The position numbers were made by a program, and so were the translations under genes. Positions 35,567-46,509 of a stretch of 64,000 nt of DNA are shown in pieces. The notes under the pieces are model-generated. The model was not told the origin of the DNA. It worked only from the letters and a program-made list of their open reading frames with translations, and made no database searches. Source of the stretch: Bacteroidota bacterium (lineage in GTDB: Bacteria > Bacteroidota > Bacteroidia > Bacteroidales > WCHB1-69); the NCBI GenBank assembly GCA_017860455.1, contig JAGDMF010000008.1:9742-73741 (forward strand), read 5' to 3'. Each line of letters begins with the position of its first letter. Positions within the stretch are counted from its first letter, which is position 1.

Positions 35567-37768
35567 TTAGTTTCCAACGTCAGACATGTACTTAATTCTC
35601 ATGATACGAATCTCTTCGATTGTGAACTCATCTTCTCCCAGTTCTCTAAGGCATGCCTCACAGCAATCGGTTTCTGCTTCGGCAAAGTAGTCGAGAATCT
35701 CATCCTGATGATAAGGTTCCACATTCTCTTCAATATAATAATTGATGTCCAATTTAGTTCCGGAAGCCACAATACTTTCAATTTCGGTGAGTAATTCATC
35801 AAAATCAAGTCCTTTAGCCAGAGCGATATCTTCAAAACTAAGTTTTCTATCAATGGCTTGAATAATAAACACTTTGATGGCTGATTTTTTGACTACCGAT
35901 TTAACGATATAGTCCTGAGGTCTCTCAATTTCATTTTCATCAACATATTTTTTAATCAGATCAGCGAAAGGTTTTCCGTATTTTTGAGCTTTACCGGTAC
36001 CCACGCCACTGATATTGGTCATTTCATCAATAGTAGTAGGGTATTGGATGCACATATCCTCGAGAGAAGGATCTTGGAAAATAACAAAAGGAGGTAAATT
36101 TTCTTTTTGTGAGATGGTTTTTCTCAAATCTTTCAAAAGGGCAAATAGAGCCTTATCTATAGCTTCACCTTTGTTGATGATAATATCATCTGAAATTTCA
36201 TCGTCATCTTCGGATCCTTTTTTATCCGGTTTTTGAACATTAACAGAATAGGGGTGATCCATATATTTTTCACCCTTAGGAGTTAATTTTAACAATCCAT
36301 AATTTTCAATATCTTTATAGATCAATTCTTCAAAGATAGCGGCACGGATTACGCTGCCCCAGAATTTCTCATCATAATCTTCCCCTTCACCAAACATTTT
36401 AAGTTTATTATGTTTAAACTTAACAACGTTAGTAGATTTGTTACCGGTTAAGATATCAATGATATGAGTATCTTGAAATTGTTGTTTTACAGTTTGAATG
36501 ACCTCTATGGCCAATTGGATTTGTTCTGATGCGTTCATTTTTGGTTTTGGATGTAAACAAATATCACAACATTGACAATTTTCTTGTTCATAATTTTCTC
36601 CGAAATAGTGGAGTAGATGTTTTCTTCTACAATTTGTAGATTCAGCGTAAGATGCGGTTTCAGCAACCAATTGTTTTACAATTTCCTGTTCTGCAACCGA
36701 TTTTTTGGTTGAAAATTTTTCGAGTTTGTAAAGGTCTTTGATGTCATAAAATGCAAGACATAGGCCTTCACCATCATCGCGACCGGCCCGACCTGTTTCC
36801 TGATAATAACCTTCCAGACTTTTAGGCATATCATAATGGATCACAAATCGCACATCAGGTTTATCAATTCCCATTCCAAAAGCGATGGTAGCCACAATAA
36901 TTTCACAATTTTCCATCAAAAATGCATCCTGATGAGCAATTCTTGTATGGGAGTCTAAACCGGCATGATAAGGTAGCGCTCTGATTTTGTTGGCTTGAAG
37001 AAATTCAGCCAGTTCTTCCACTTTCTTTCTGCTTAAACAATAGATAATCCCTGATTTGTTAGGGTGTTGTTTGACAAATTTAACAATCTCTTTATCAATA
37101 TCTTTTGTTTTTTCTTTTATTTCGTAATATAAATTTGCTCTATTGAAAGAGGAGATATAAATATCAGCTTTTTCAATATGTAAATTTTTCTGAATATCGC
37201 TTTGAACTTTAGGTGTCGCTGTTGCAGTTAATGCGATGATAGGTACTTTTTTATCAATGATATCAATGATAGCTCTGATTCTTCTGTATTCTGGACGAAA
37301 ATCGTGGCCCCATTCTGAAATACAATGGGCTTCATCAATAGCAAAGAAAGAGATGTGAATATCTTTAAAAAACTCAATATTTTCCTCTTTGGTGAGCGTT
37401 TCTGGGGCAACATACAAGAGTTTTGTTTTCCCATTCAATAAGTCTTCTTTTACTGCTTTAATTTCAGTTTTACTTAAAGAAGAGTTCATAAAATGCGCGA
37501 TTCCCAGTTCTGTACCAAAATTTCTGATGGCATCAACCTGATTTTTCATCAAAGCGATTAAGGGTGAAATAATAATGGCTGTTCCTTCTGCTAATAATGC
37601 AGGAAGTTGATAACACATTGACTTTCCTCCACCCGTAGGCATAATGACAAAGCAATCCTTTCCTTTCAACAAGGACTTGATCACTTTTAATTGATCCCCT
37701 TTAAAATTATTGAATCCAAAAAACTTTTTGAGCATCTTTTGGATCTCTTTGTCAGAGATGTTCTGCAT
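35567..37768 (-). CDS. recQ: ATP-dependent DNA helicase RecQ
   Basis: PTGGGKS, DEAHCISEWGHDFRPEY and a zinc-binding CRR..LL.YFGE motif, with RQC and C-terminal HRDC regions. Confidence 0.95.
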   Translation of the reverse strand: MQNISDKEIQKMLKKFFGFNNFKGDQLKVIKSLLKGKDCFVIMPTGGGKSMCYQLPALLAEGTAIIISPLIALMKNQVDAIRNFGTELGIAHFMNSSLSKTEIKAVKEDLLNGKTKLLYVAPETLTKEENIEFFKDIHISFFAIDEAHCISEWGHDFRPEYRRIRAIIDIIDKKVPIIALTATATPKVQSDIQKNLHIEKADIYISSFNRANLYYEIKEKTKDIDKEIVKFVKQHPNKSGIIYCLSRKKVEELAEFLQANKIRALPYHAGLDSHTRIAHQDAFLMENCEIIVATIAFGMGIDKPDVRFVIHYDMPKSLEGYYQETGRAGRDDGEGLCLAFYDIKDLYKLEKFSTKKSVAEQEIVKQLVAETASYAESTNCRRKHLLHYFGENYEQENCQCCDICLHPKPKMNASEQIQLAIEVIQTVKQQFQDTHIIDILTGNKSTNVVKFKHNKLKMFGEGEDYDEKFWGSVIRAAIFEELIYKDIENYGLLKLTPKGEKYMDHPYSVNVQKPDKKGSEDDDEISDDIIINKGEAIDKALFALLKDLRKTISQKENLPPFVIFQDPSLEDMCIQYPTTIDEMTNISGVGTGKAQKYGKPFADLIKKYVDENEIERPQDYIVKSVVKKSAIKVFIIQAIDRKLSFEDIALAKGLDFDELLTEIESIVASGTKLDINYYIEENVEPYHQDEILDYFAEAETDCCEACLRELGEDEFTIEEIRIMRIKYMSDVGN

Positions 37769-37928
37769 ATCTTATTAAAATATCATCATTAATTTTAAAA
37801 AATATTTCTTTTTTCTAATCTACTACAGTTTCGTTAAACAAAAGTACAAAAATTCAAATATCAATTACGAACTTTACCCATTTTTTTTATCATTATTTTA
37901 TAACTAACTGAAAATGAGTAAGAAAAAA

Positions 37929-38894
37929 TTACCAAGTCTTGTTTTTTAATAAATAATGGATCACATAATCCTTTACAGAAGTCTCTAAAGGCCTAAAAGG
38001 TTTCTTTAATCCTGCAGCTCTGGCTTTTCCCATTTCTGCTTCAGTAAAATATTGATATTTGTCACGAATATCAACAGGAATATCAATAAATTCAATATTT
38101 GGTGCACTTTTCATAGCTTTGAATGTAGCATTTGCCAATGCAATAAAAGGTCTGGCAAAACCGGTCCCTAAGTTATAAATTCCACTTGCCGGTTTATAGT
38201 TCATATACCAAAACAATACATTAACAACATCCTTTACATAAATAAAATCTCTGATTTGTTCCCCATGATTATAATCGGGTCGGTGAGATTTAAACAATTT
38301 TGCCTTTCCGGTTACATTAATTTGGTTAAATGAATGAAAAACCACAGATGCCATTCTTCCTTTATGATACTCATTAGGTCCAAAAACATTGAAAAATTTA
38401 AAACCTGCCCAAAATGGGGGTGTTATAGTTTGTTTGAGGACCCATTTATCAAACTCATTTTTAGACTTTCCATAAGGATTTAAAGGTATAAGTTGTTGAA
38501 TCAAGGAATGATCATCAGAGTACCCAAAAGCACCATCTCCATAAGTCGCAGCTGATGAGGCATATATGAATGGAATCCCATTTTTAGCTGCAAAACTCCA
38601 CAATTTTTGAGAATATTCAATGTTCAACTCCTCAAAAATGGCATAATTAAATTCGGTTGTGTCAGTCCGGGCTCCTAAATGGATGATAAAATCAATGTGA
38701 CTCTTGTTTTGTTCAGCCCATTGAAAAAAATGCATACGCTCAATTTTATCAATATACTTTTTATTGATCCAATTGGAGATTTTTGCTTCTTTAGTAAAGT
38801 CATCCACAAGAATGAGGTTTTCCATTCCCATGTTGTTTAGTTTTTGAGTCATACAGCTGCCAATAAAACCCGCAGCTCCGGTAATTACTATCAT
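37929..38894 (-). CDS. hldD: ADP-L-glycero-D-manno-heptose 6-epimerase
   Basis: ITGAAGFIGS Rossmann motif, YASSAATYG, and SDR-type Y...K (YGKSK). Confidence 0.8.
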   Translation of the reverse strand: MIVITGAAGFIGSCMTQKLNNMGMENLILVDDFTKEAKISNWINKKYIDKIERMHFFQWAEQNKSHIDFIIHLGARTDTTEFNYAIFEELNIEYSQKLWSFAAKNGIPFIYASSAATYGDGAFGYSDDHSLIQQLIPLNPYGKSKNEFDKWVLKQTITPPFWAGFKFFNVFGPNEYHKGRMASVVFHSFNQINVTGKAKLFKSHRPDYNHGEQIRDFIYVKDVVNVLFWYMNYKPASGIYNLGTGFARPFIALANATFKAMKSAPNIEFIDIPVDIRDKYQYFTEAEMGKARAAGLKKPFRPLETSVKDYVIHYLLKNKTW

Positions 38895-38924
38895 GTGAGT
38901 AGTTTTTAGTGGTTATTAAGAATG

Positions 38925-38932
38925 CAAATATA
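38925..38932 (-). promoter_or_regulatory. -7 box (TATATTTG on the minus strand) upstream of hldD
   Basis: The plus strand reads CAAATATA, about 30 nt from the ATG at 38894. Confidence 0.45.
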
Positions 38933-39106
38933 CAAAATAATATAAATACTAAATAGATTAAATTTCAATTTATAATTCATGAAAATGAATTTGTTAAAGA
39001 ATTTTCTGAAGTTTAGTTAATAAATTATTTGTAGATATTAAATCTTGGTTCACCTTTAGAAAGATCCTGTTAATCGAATAAAAAATTTTTCTTATTTATT
39101 TCAATA

Positions 39107-39114
39107 TATTTTTG
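39107..39114 (+). promoter_or_regulatory. -7 box (TATTTTTG) upstream of the ASST-like gene
   Basis: Lies 18 nt before the ATG at 39133 and after the TTG track start, which supports the shorter ORF. Confidence 0.5.
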
Positions 39115-39132
39115 TTCCAAAATCTTTTAAAA

Positions 39133-40659
39133 ATGAAACGAACAACCCAATTAACTATTTTTTTACTTGTGCTATTAAGCACATTTTTGAATCCAATTTA
39201 TGGCCAATCCTGGGGAGATTATACTTTAATTGCTTCTCAAGGTTCAACTACTACAAAATTAGTAACATTAACAGGTACCGTTTATAAAACATGGACATTA
39301 ACGGGAGCTAATGGATACAGTTCATTTTTAACACCTGATCGATGTATCATCAGAATTGTGGGTGGAAGTGGTGCTGGTGCAGGTAGTAAAATTGAAAAAG
39401 TGAATTGGGATGGACAAGTAGTATGGAGCTTTTCAGTTGGGGCTCACCATGATATTTGTTATATGCCAAATGGACATGTTTTAGCTGCAGTTTTGACCAC
39501 AGCAACCTCTTCAGAATTAAGTCAATATGGTTTTACAGGCGTAACTTCTAGTTTGAAATATGACAAAATTGTTGAAATAGATGGAGTGAATGGACAGATT
39601 GTATGGGAATGGCGGTTTATTGACCATACCGTGCAAAATAACAACAGTAGTTTAGCTAATTATGGTGATCCTTCAAGTACACCTAATAAGTTTAATGTTG
39701 CAGTACAAGGCTCTCAGGGGTATTCCGACTGGCAACATTTGAATGGAATTGATTACAATCCTGCCAGAGATCAGATTGTATTCAGTTGTAAACATTTAAA
39801 AGAGATTTATGTAATTGATCATAGTACCACTACAGCCGAAGCGAAAACAGGTTCAGGTGGTTTAAGCGGAAAAGGGGGTGATTTCCTTTATAGATGGGGA
39901 AATCCTACCAATTATGGAAAAACCGGTTCAACATTTGGCGTTATTCATGATGCTGCTTGGTGTTTGGGAGAAACCTATCAGGCTCAACGTGAAGATCCAT
40001 CAGCATCTAACTATCACCCTTTTGCTCAAATGATTTCCGTGTGGAGTAATACAAATGTTAGTGGAATGTGTATCATCCCTCCATACATAGATAGTAGCTA
40101 TAACTTTAGCTATACTTCCGGATCTTCTTATTTGCCAACAACTTATTATAAAAAAGTAACGCTTACAGGAAACTCTACAAATATGGGTGGAAATCAAATG
40201 TTGCCTAATGGGAATATGTTATTGTTCGCCGGAGCTGGTGCCAGCACAGTTTATGAAAAAGATAGTACAGGTGGCGCAATATGGAGTAATAATTCAGCAA
40301 ATGGTTGTTCCAAAGTTACACGCTATTCTGCTGCTTACGTAAATGGCGATTATGCAACCATTTGTGCGAATACTCCTATTGGAATTATTGATACTACTCA
40401 TTCTAATAATAATCAAGGAATTGCAGATATAATAAAACCAAATATTACTTTTAAAAATCCGGTTTCTGTTGGAGAAATCCTAAAAATTAATCAGTTAGAA
40501 GAGAATAGTTCCAGTTTGATTCAACTGTTTGATATGAATGGTCGTTTGCTTTATTCAACTATTAATACAGCCGAATTTATAGTACCTGACTGTGAAACAG
40601 GTTTATATATTCTTAAAATTAACAACTTTGGATATAAACTATTGATCCAAAACAATTAA
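39133..40659 (+). CDS. Arylsulfotransferase (ASST)-like beta-propeller protein with T9SS type-A sorting domain
   Basis: Signal peptide present. GAHHDICYMPNGHVL and WQH.NGIDYN motifs occur. The C-terminal tail reads ...LFDMNGRLLY...GLYILKI. Confidence 0.6.
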   Translation: MKRTTQLTIFLLVLLSTFLNPIYGQSWGDYTLIASQGSTTTKLVTLTGTVYKTWTLTGANGYSSFLTPDRCIIRIVGGSGAGAGSKIEKVNWDGQVVWSFSVGAHHDICYMPNGHVLAAVLTTATSSELSQYGFTGVTSSLKYDKIVEIDGVNGQIVWEWRFIDHTVQNNNSSLANYGDPSSTPNKFNVAVQGSQGYSDWQHLNGIDYNPARDQIVFSCKHLKEIYVIDHSTTTAEAKTGSGGLSGKGGDFLYRWGNPTNYGKTGSTFGVIHDAAWCLGETYQAQREDPSASNYHPFAQMISVWSNTNVSGMCIIPPYIDSSYNFSYTSGSSYLPTTYYKKVTLTGNSTNMGGNQMLPNGNMLLFAGAGASTVYEKDSTGGAIWSNNSANGCSKVTRYSAAYVNGDYATICANTPIGIIDTTHSNNNQGIADIIKPNITFKNPVSVGEILKINQLEENSSSLIQLFDMNGRLLYSTINTAEFIVPDCETGLYILKINNFGYKLLIQNN

Positions 40660-40669
40660 ACCCCATATT

Positions 40670-43162
40670 ATGAAAAAATTAATTCTTGTATTGTTATGTT
40701 TTTTGGGTTTTTTAGGTATAAAAGCCCAGGAGACCGTCAGTGTCACTTTTGCTACCGATTTTACTGAAACCAATATCCAACTTTTAGTAGGAGATCAGAA
40801 CATGGACTCTGTTATCTCTCTAGTGGCTCAGAGAGGTTTGTATATCGTCTACGGAAAACACAGTTCATTTGGTGCTGGAACTTTAGTTCCTTTATCAAGA
40901 GTTTCCAATACTTATACATATAGAACACCTTCCATTTCTTTGGATAAAAATACGTTGTATGAATTCTATTTCCAAATAGGTACTGATGGCTATTTTGCGG
41001 AAGGAAATGTGGAAGATATTGCCCGGTTAGCTCCGGGATTTTATAGATTTGTATATACCAATACAACGGCCACATCCATTGACTATCCTGCTTTAACTTT
41101 CAATGGAAATGGACCTGCCGGACATAAAGTGATCCGTGTAAAAGTGAATATGTCTTCAACTACACCTGCAACAAACGGTGTTTTTGTGAAATCAGGGAAT
41201 ACAATTGTGCCACTTTATGACACCAATTTGGATACTTATGATGATGATAATCAAGTTGTTTATGAAGGATTGTTGTATGCACCTGCCAACTCAGATATCA
41301 CCTACACTTTTTATAATGGAACTCAACCAACATATAATTTGATTGACAATAACACTTATACTGTTGATGCTTCAACTGATGTGGATGTTGCACCGGTTGT
41401 TTATTCCACCGAAACAATTTATGAAGCTGTTAACCACAATTTATATGATCCCAATTATATCCAAAGAATTGAGATCACGTTTACCGATCCATCCTGGCAA
41501 GATAGTTTGATCGCTAATAAACCTCTTGACTTGTACATGCCAGCTACTGTAAAAGTGAACGGTGTTGTTTTAGATAGTGTCGGAGTTAAATACAAAGGGA
41601 ACAGTTCTTATAGCCCTGGAAGAGTGAAAAATCCATTTAATCTTTCTTTAGATGAATTCAAATCTTCAAATTCATATCAGGGTTTCACTTCTATCAAATT
41701 GGCCAATGTTTACGGTGATCCATCATTTATCAGAGAAGTTCTTTCCTATGAGATCGCTGGAAAATATTTGTATGCACCCAAAGCTAATTTTGCTCAAATT
41801 TATATAAATGGGAATTATATTGGCCTCTATTCCAACACGGAAACAGTAAATAAATCATTCTGTAAAAGAACGTATGGTTCTAAGAATAATACATTTATGA
41901 GTTGTTCTCCGGCATTGGAACCTACCATTGCAACCAAAAGCAATTTAGAATATATATCTGCCAATTATACCGACTATGAATCAGCGTATGAATTAAAATC
42001 ATCTTCCGGATGGGACAATTTTATTGCACTTTGTGATACGGTTACCAATTATTCCGATAGTGTTCAGAAAATACTTGATCTGGATAAATTTATCTGGATG
42101 TGTGCTTTTGATAACGTATTGTGTAATATCGATAGCTATATTGGTGTTTACAGTCAGAATTATTATTTATACAGAAGCGTGGAAGGTAGATTTATGGCGA
42201 TTCCATGGGATTATAATCTATCTTTTGGGGCATTTAATAACATTGGATTTCAGGATCGTTTAAAAGCAATCAGTACAACTGAAAGGCAACAATTAACTTT
42301 GAATATTCATAGTACTGATGAGTATTGGCCCATGTTAGTCAACATTTATAATAATCCCCGTTGGCTTAAAATGTACTTAGCACATGCCAAAACCATCTAT
42401 ACTGAAAATTTTGAAAATGATACCTATTTAACCTCTGCTGCTTTTTGGCAAAACAAAGCTTTACAAAGTGTTGGAGCGGATAATAATAAGTTTTATAGCC
42501 TGGTGGATTTTAATAATAGTATGACTTCTGACTACGCAGTGAATGGGTATAGTGTAAATGGAATTCAAACATTTATGAATGCGAGAGCCGATTATTTAGG
42601 TTCAACGCCTGAGTTTTCCAATTCACAACCAGTTTTACATGATGCAGCCAGAATCTATGACAATGGGGCTCGCTTTACTGTTCAAGCAGATGATGCTGAT
42701 CATGTATTTTTATTCTACCGCATTAAAAGTGAAGAACATAGATCATATACCATGGTTGAAATGACATTATCGGGAGATGAATATGGAATTACATTACCCA
42801 TTTTTATAGATACTTTGGATTATTACTATTACGCAGAAAATAGCAATATTGGTGCATTTTTACCTGCCCGTGCTTCTAAAGAGTTCTATAGAGTGCCCAT
42901 CAATGAATCAATGGGAATTAATGATCCATCAATCAGTAATAATAGGGTTTTTTATTCTAAAAATACCCAATCTATACAATTTATATTAGCTGAACCTTCC
43001 GAAATAGTGAATATTTATTCCATGGGAGGTCAGTTGTTAAAAAGCTTGACACCAACAGATTTACATTTTGATGTATCAACCGAGACAATCGCTCCTCAAA
43101 TGGTAATCGTCCAAATAACTCAGAACAAAAATGTTAAAACTAAAAAAATTGTGATACTCTGA
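40670..43162 (+). CDS. CotH kinase-family protein with T9SS type-A sorting domain
   Basis: Central CotH-like region (VKYKGNSS ... KL.N...DPSFIRE ... NYYLYR ... IPWDYNLSFG). A Por-type C-terminal tail is present. Confidence 0.75.
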   Translation: MKKLILVLLCFLGFLGIKAQETVSVTFATDFTETNIQLLVGDQNMDSVISLVAQRGLYIVYGKHSSFGAGTLVPLSRVSNTYTYRTPSISLDKNTLYEFYFQIGTDGYFAEGNVEDIARLAPGFYRFVYTNTTATSIDYPALTFNGNGPAGHKVIRVKVNMSSTTPATNGVFVKSGNTIVPLYDTNLDTYDDDNQVVYEGLLYAPANSDITYTFYNGTQPTYNLIDNNTYTVDASTDVDVAPVVYSTETIYEAVNHNLYDPNYIQRIEITFTDPSWQDSLIANKPLDLYMPATVKVNGVVLDSVGVKYKGNSSYSPGRVKNPFNLSLDEFKSSNSYQGFTSIKLANVYGDPSFIREVLSYEIAGKYLYAPKANFAQIYINGNYIGLYSNTETVNKSFCKRTYGSKNNTFMSCSPALEPTIATKSNLEYISANYTDYESAYELKSSSGWDNFIALCDTVTNYSDSVQKILDLDKFIWMCAFDNVLCNIDSYIGVYSQNYYLYRSVEGRFMAIPWDYNLSFGAFNNIGFQDRLKAISTTERQQLTLNIHSTDEYWPMLVNIYNNPRWLKMYLAHAKTIYTENFENDTYLTSAAFWQNKALQSVGADNNKFYSLVDFNNSMTSDYAVNGYSVNGIQTFMNARADYLGSTPEFSNSQPVLHDAARIYDNGARFTVQADDADHVFLFYRIKSEEHRSYTMVEMTLSGDEYGITLPIFIDTLDYYYYAENSNIGAFLPARASKEFYRVPINESMGINDPSISNNRVFYSKNTQSIQFILAEPSEIVNIYSMGGQLLKSLTPTDLHFDVSTETIAPQMVIVQITQNKNVKTKKIVIL

Positions 43163-43875
43163 TGAAAATTATTAGGTTAATAATTCTATTTGTCGCTTTG
43201 AGTTTATCGCTTACCTCCTGCCTAACCGAAGAGGGGGAAGGGGGAAGCGGTACAATTCAAGGTTATTTGTTTAACATTAAACATAATGATGACAATTTTG
43301 CTTTAACTGCTGATACTGCTTATGCTGTTAAAACTGACGTTTATATTATTTATGGTGATCACATCTATTTTGATGATGATATTGAAACCGATTATAATGG
43401 ATTTTATCAATTCAAATATTTAACCCCTGGAAACTATACTATTTTTGCGTATTCAACAGATGCAATGGGGGTTAAAACAGCAGTAACACAAACAGTAAAT
43501 ATATCAAGAGGAAATACTACAGAAGTGTCAGATCTGTATGTTCACTCTGGTCAAGCTAATGGAACCTCAATCATAACAGGAACTGTTTGGGCTAACTATG
43601 TAGATGGATCCGGAAATATTCTGGAATCTGGATGGGCTTATGAACATCGGGTTTATCTTCAAAAAACAGGGGATATTTATCCGATTGATGATGCCAGAGT
43701 TGGGCAGAATGGCGTTTTTGCATTCCAGAAAGTGATTCCGGGGTCCTACGAAGTTTATACTACTACTATCAATGAAAACGATGTTCCAACTGTTTTAAAA
43801 CAAAATATTTTAATCTCAAATTCAGGTCAAATCTATGCATTGCCAACACAATTTATAGTAACAATCAATCCATAA
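43162..43875 (+). CDS. Lipoprotein with carboxypeptidase-regulatory-like beta-sandwich repeats
   Basis: Lipobox LTSC. Two G.Y.F..L.PG.Y.... motifs. The start overlaps the CotH stop. Confidence 0.5.
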   Translation: MKIIRLIILFVALSLSLTSCLTEEGEGGSGTIQGYLFNIKHNDDNFALTADTAYAVKTDVYIIYGDHIYFDDDIETDYNGFYQFKYLTPGNYTIFAYSTDAMGVKTAVTQTVNISRGNTTEVSDLYVHSGQANGTSIITGTVWANYVDGSGNILESGWAYEHRVYLQKTGDIYPIDDARVGQNGVFAFQKVIPGSYEVYTTTINENDVPTVLKQNILISNSGQIYALPTQFIVTINP

Positions 43876-43876
43876 T

Positions 43877-44293
43877 ATGAAAAAAAATATTGTATTTATC
43901 ATATTGATCCTTGTGTTTTTAGAGGTCTCAACTGAAGGATTTTCTCAAACTGAAAAAGTTAAAAAACCAACCAAAAAAAACCTGACTGTTAAAGAATGGA
44001 ATACCAATAGTGATACTAAAACCAAGTTTTTGGATCATGTGAGCATTTTTAATGATTTAGGATTGAAAATTGAAGAAATTGAATATGCTAACTATGGAAT
44101 AAAATCAAAAATTGTGTATGAATACGATACCAATAAAAGATGTATTCAACAAACTGAATATGATGGCAGAGAACGGGTTGTTGAAATCAAAAAATTTGAA
44201 TATAATGTCGATGGAACCAAGAAAAAACAATCAACATATAATCCTAAAGGTAAATTAATTTCTGAAAAAGAATTTGAATACATTTACAAGTAA
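43877..44293 (+). CDS. Small secreted YD-like repeat protein, paralogous to ORF 10638-11555
   Basis: Signal peptide present. Has the shared IFNDLGLKIEEIEY motif and Y.YD repeats. Confidence 0.5.
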   Translation: MKKNIVFIILILVFLEVSTEGFSQTEKVKKPTKKNLTVKEWNTNSDTKTKFLDHVSIFNDLGLKIEEIEYANYGIKSKIVYEYDTNKRCIQQTEYDGRERVVEIKKFEYNVDGTKKKQSTYNPKGKLISEKEFEYIYK

Positions 44294-45066
44294 TGAAGAG
44301 TTTTGAATCGATTATTCAACTTATGCAACCAATCTCTTTATCAGAAATGAATAAAGTGAAGTTGATGAATAGAATAGATACCAAATATATTACTGATATA
44401 GAAACTTTTTCAAAACTGATGGAATTGATTCAACAAAAATATTATGTACAGGAACATTTAGGAAACAGGATTGCCAAATATAGAACTCTTTATTTTGATA
44501 CACCAAATTTACAGTTTTATATGCAGCATCACAATGGTAAATCAGCTAGAAATAAAGTTAGGGTAAGACAATATTGTGATAGTGGTCAGTTTTTTTGTGA
44601 AATCAAGAAAAAATCAAACAAAGGCAGAACCGTAAAGAAGAGAATTGAAGTTGGCTCCAATGATTTCATTGACTTATCATACAATCCAAATATTAAAACA
44701 CTCATTGAAAAAGAGTTGTTGATTGATTGTACAGAATTATTCCCTAACTTAGAAAATAGGTTTTTTAGAATTACATTTGTTAATTTTGAAAAGACAGAGC
44801 GTTTAACTGTTGATTTTGAAGTGTCATTTATCAACCACCAAAACCATTTAGAAAATAAGTTACAAAACTTAGTAATTATTGAATTGAAGCAAGAAGGAAG
44901 ATCACATTCTGATTTCAAGCAAATGATATATGATTTACCGGTTTTTGAAAAATCATTTAGTAAATATTGTATTGGAGTTGTAGTTACAGATCCTTCCATT
45001 AAAGCTAATCGTTTTAAAAGTAAAATCCATTTTTTAAAAAATAAATTACAAACTAACTTTAAATAA
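44293..45066 (+). CDS. VTC-domain (polyphosphate polymerase-like) protein
   Basis: RIDTKY..., YRTLYFDTP....Y..HHNGK..R.KVR.R.Y and E.K.K.NKGRT.K.R motifs. Confidence 0.8.
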   Translation: MKSFESIIQLMQPISLSEMNKVKLMNRIDTKYITDIETFSKLMELIQQKYYVQEHLGNRIAKYRTLYFDTPNLQFYMQHHNGKSARNKVRVRQYCDSGQFFCEIKKKSNKGRTVKKRIEVGSNDFIDLSYNPNIKTLIEKELLIDCTELFPNLENRFFRITFVNFEKTERLTVDFEVSFINHQNHLENKLQNLVIIELKQEGRSHSDFKQMIYDLPVFEKSFSKYCIGVVVTDPSIKANRFKSKIHFLKNKLQTNFK

Positions 45067-45073
45067 ACACGTT

Positions 45074-45817
45074 ATGTTTTTTTTACAAGACACATTTAAT
45101 CCGGACGTACCTCACCAGTTTGATGCGTCCAGTTATAGTGAAATTGGATCTATGAAAGATCTTTTCGGAATACCTTTGTGGCAAGCAGATAGTTTTTGGC
45201 AATTGCTGTTAAGATTTACATTTAATTTTATCGTATGCTTTGTCATTATTCAGTTTTTCTATTATAAAAAAAGCAAAAGAAGAGATTATTACTTTACTTT
45301 CCTGCTTTTTACAGTGACCATATTTTTATTAGTGTATCTTTTGGACAATGTTAAAATGCAAATTGGTTTTGCATTGGGATTGTTTGCTATTTTTGGAATG
45401 ATCCGCTATAGAACGGAAACGGTACCGATCAGAGAAATGACCTATTTATTTATAACAATCGGAATATCAGTTATTAATGGCTTGGCTTTAACGGTTAGTT
45501 ATGCGGAATTAGTAGTGACAAATTTCATTTTTATCGCTATTATATGGACTTTTGAAAGTAGTAAACTGATTAAACATAGAGCTACAAAAATCATTTTATA
45601 TGATAAAATAGATTTGATAAAAGTGGGTAAAGAAAAAGAATTATTAGCCGATTTAGAGGAGAGAACCGGATTAGAGATTATTAAATTTGAAATTGGAAAT
45701 ATTGATTTTTTAAAAGATGCTGCTTTTATTAAAATATATTATGATCAATCAGCTAAGGAAATGTCAACAATGAACGAAAATCAAAGATTAAAAGATAATA
45801 ATTTTCAGAATGATTAA
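45074..45817 (+). CDS. DUF4956 membrane protein
   Basis: RRDYYFTF...., GFALGLFAIFGMIRYRTE..PIREMTYLF motif. Confidence 0.8.
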   Translation: MFFLQDTFNPDVPHQFDASSYSEIGSMKDLFGIPLWQADSFWQLLLRFTFNFIVCFVIIQFFYYKKSKRRDYYFTFLLFTVTIFLLVYLLDNVKMQIGFALGLFAIFGMIRYRTETVPIREMTYLFITIGISVINGLALTVSYAELVVTNFIFIAIIWTFESSKLIKHRATKIILYDKIDLIKVGKEKELLADLEERTGLEIIKFEIGNIDFLKDAAFIKIYYDQSAKEMSTMNENQRLKDNNFQND

Positions 45818-46484
45818 AATAAGGATTTTAAGCATATTTCTTCTTGTTTCTAGTATTGGACTTCATGCTCAATCATGGAATTTTGGCTCTATTGCAGGAG
45901 CAGAAGGAGAACATGCTTTTCATTCCGGAATTAAAATATTTATAGAAGAAGAGTTACGTTGGACCTGCTCATCATTTCAGTTAGATCGTTCCAAAACTAC
46001 GTTGGGGTTTGATTATAAACTTTGGGGCAAATCATTAAAAATCGGGGGCAATATCGATTATATTTTCAAAAAAAAGTGGGACTATTTTGAAAATCGGTAT
46101 AGAGTCCAATGTAACCTCTCTTTTTCTCACAAAAACGGACAGTTTCATTTTCAAAATAGGGTAGGTGTATTGGCTTCCTTTTACGATGAAAATAGAGGAG
46201 ATTATTCCCTAAATCCTGAAATATATTTACGAGAAAAAGTAAAAATGGAATATGCAGTTTTTCATAAACCTATTAAATTTGGATTTAATTTTGAATTTTT
46301 TCTGAGACTCAATAATAGGCAGGATAACATCATTGATGAATTGCGATCAGAACTCTTTTTAGACTACAGATTTTCGAAAATTCATGCCATTACACTATTT
46401 GTAAGGTTAGACAATGAAGTACAGGTAGCAGAACCAGAAAATATTATATTTTTAGGTGTAGTTTACCATTATAAAAATAATTAA
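45810..46484 (+). CDS. DUF2490-like outer-membrane protein
   Basis: Signal peptide and beta-strand-rich sequence. The family call is by eye and tentative. Confidence 0.45.
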   Translation: MIKIRILSIFLLVSSIGLHAQSWNFGSIAGAEGEHAFHSGIKIFIEEELRWTCSSFQLDRSKTTLGFDYKLWGKSLKIGGNIDYIFKKKWDYFENRYRVQCNLSFSHKNGQFHFQNRVGVLASFYDENRGDYSLNPEIYLREKVKMEYAVFHKPIKFGFNFEFFLRLNNRQDNIIDELRSELFLDYRFSKIHAITLFVRLDNEVQVAEPENIIFLGVVYHYKNN

Positions 46485-46509
46485 TTACTTTTGCCATAAG
46501 AATAGGATC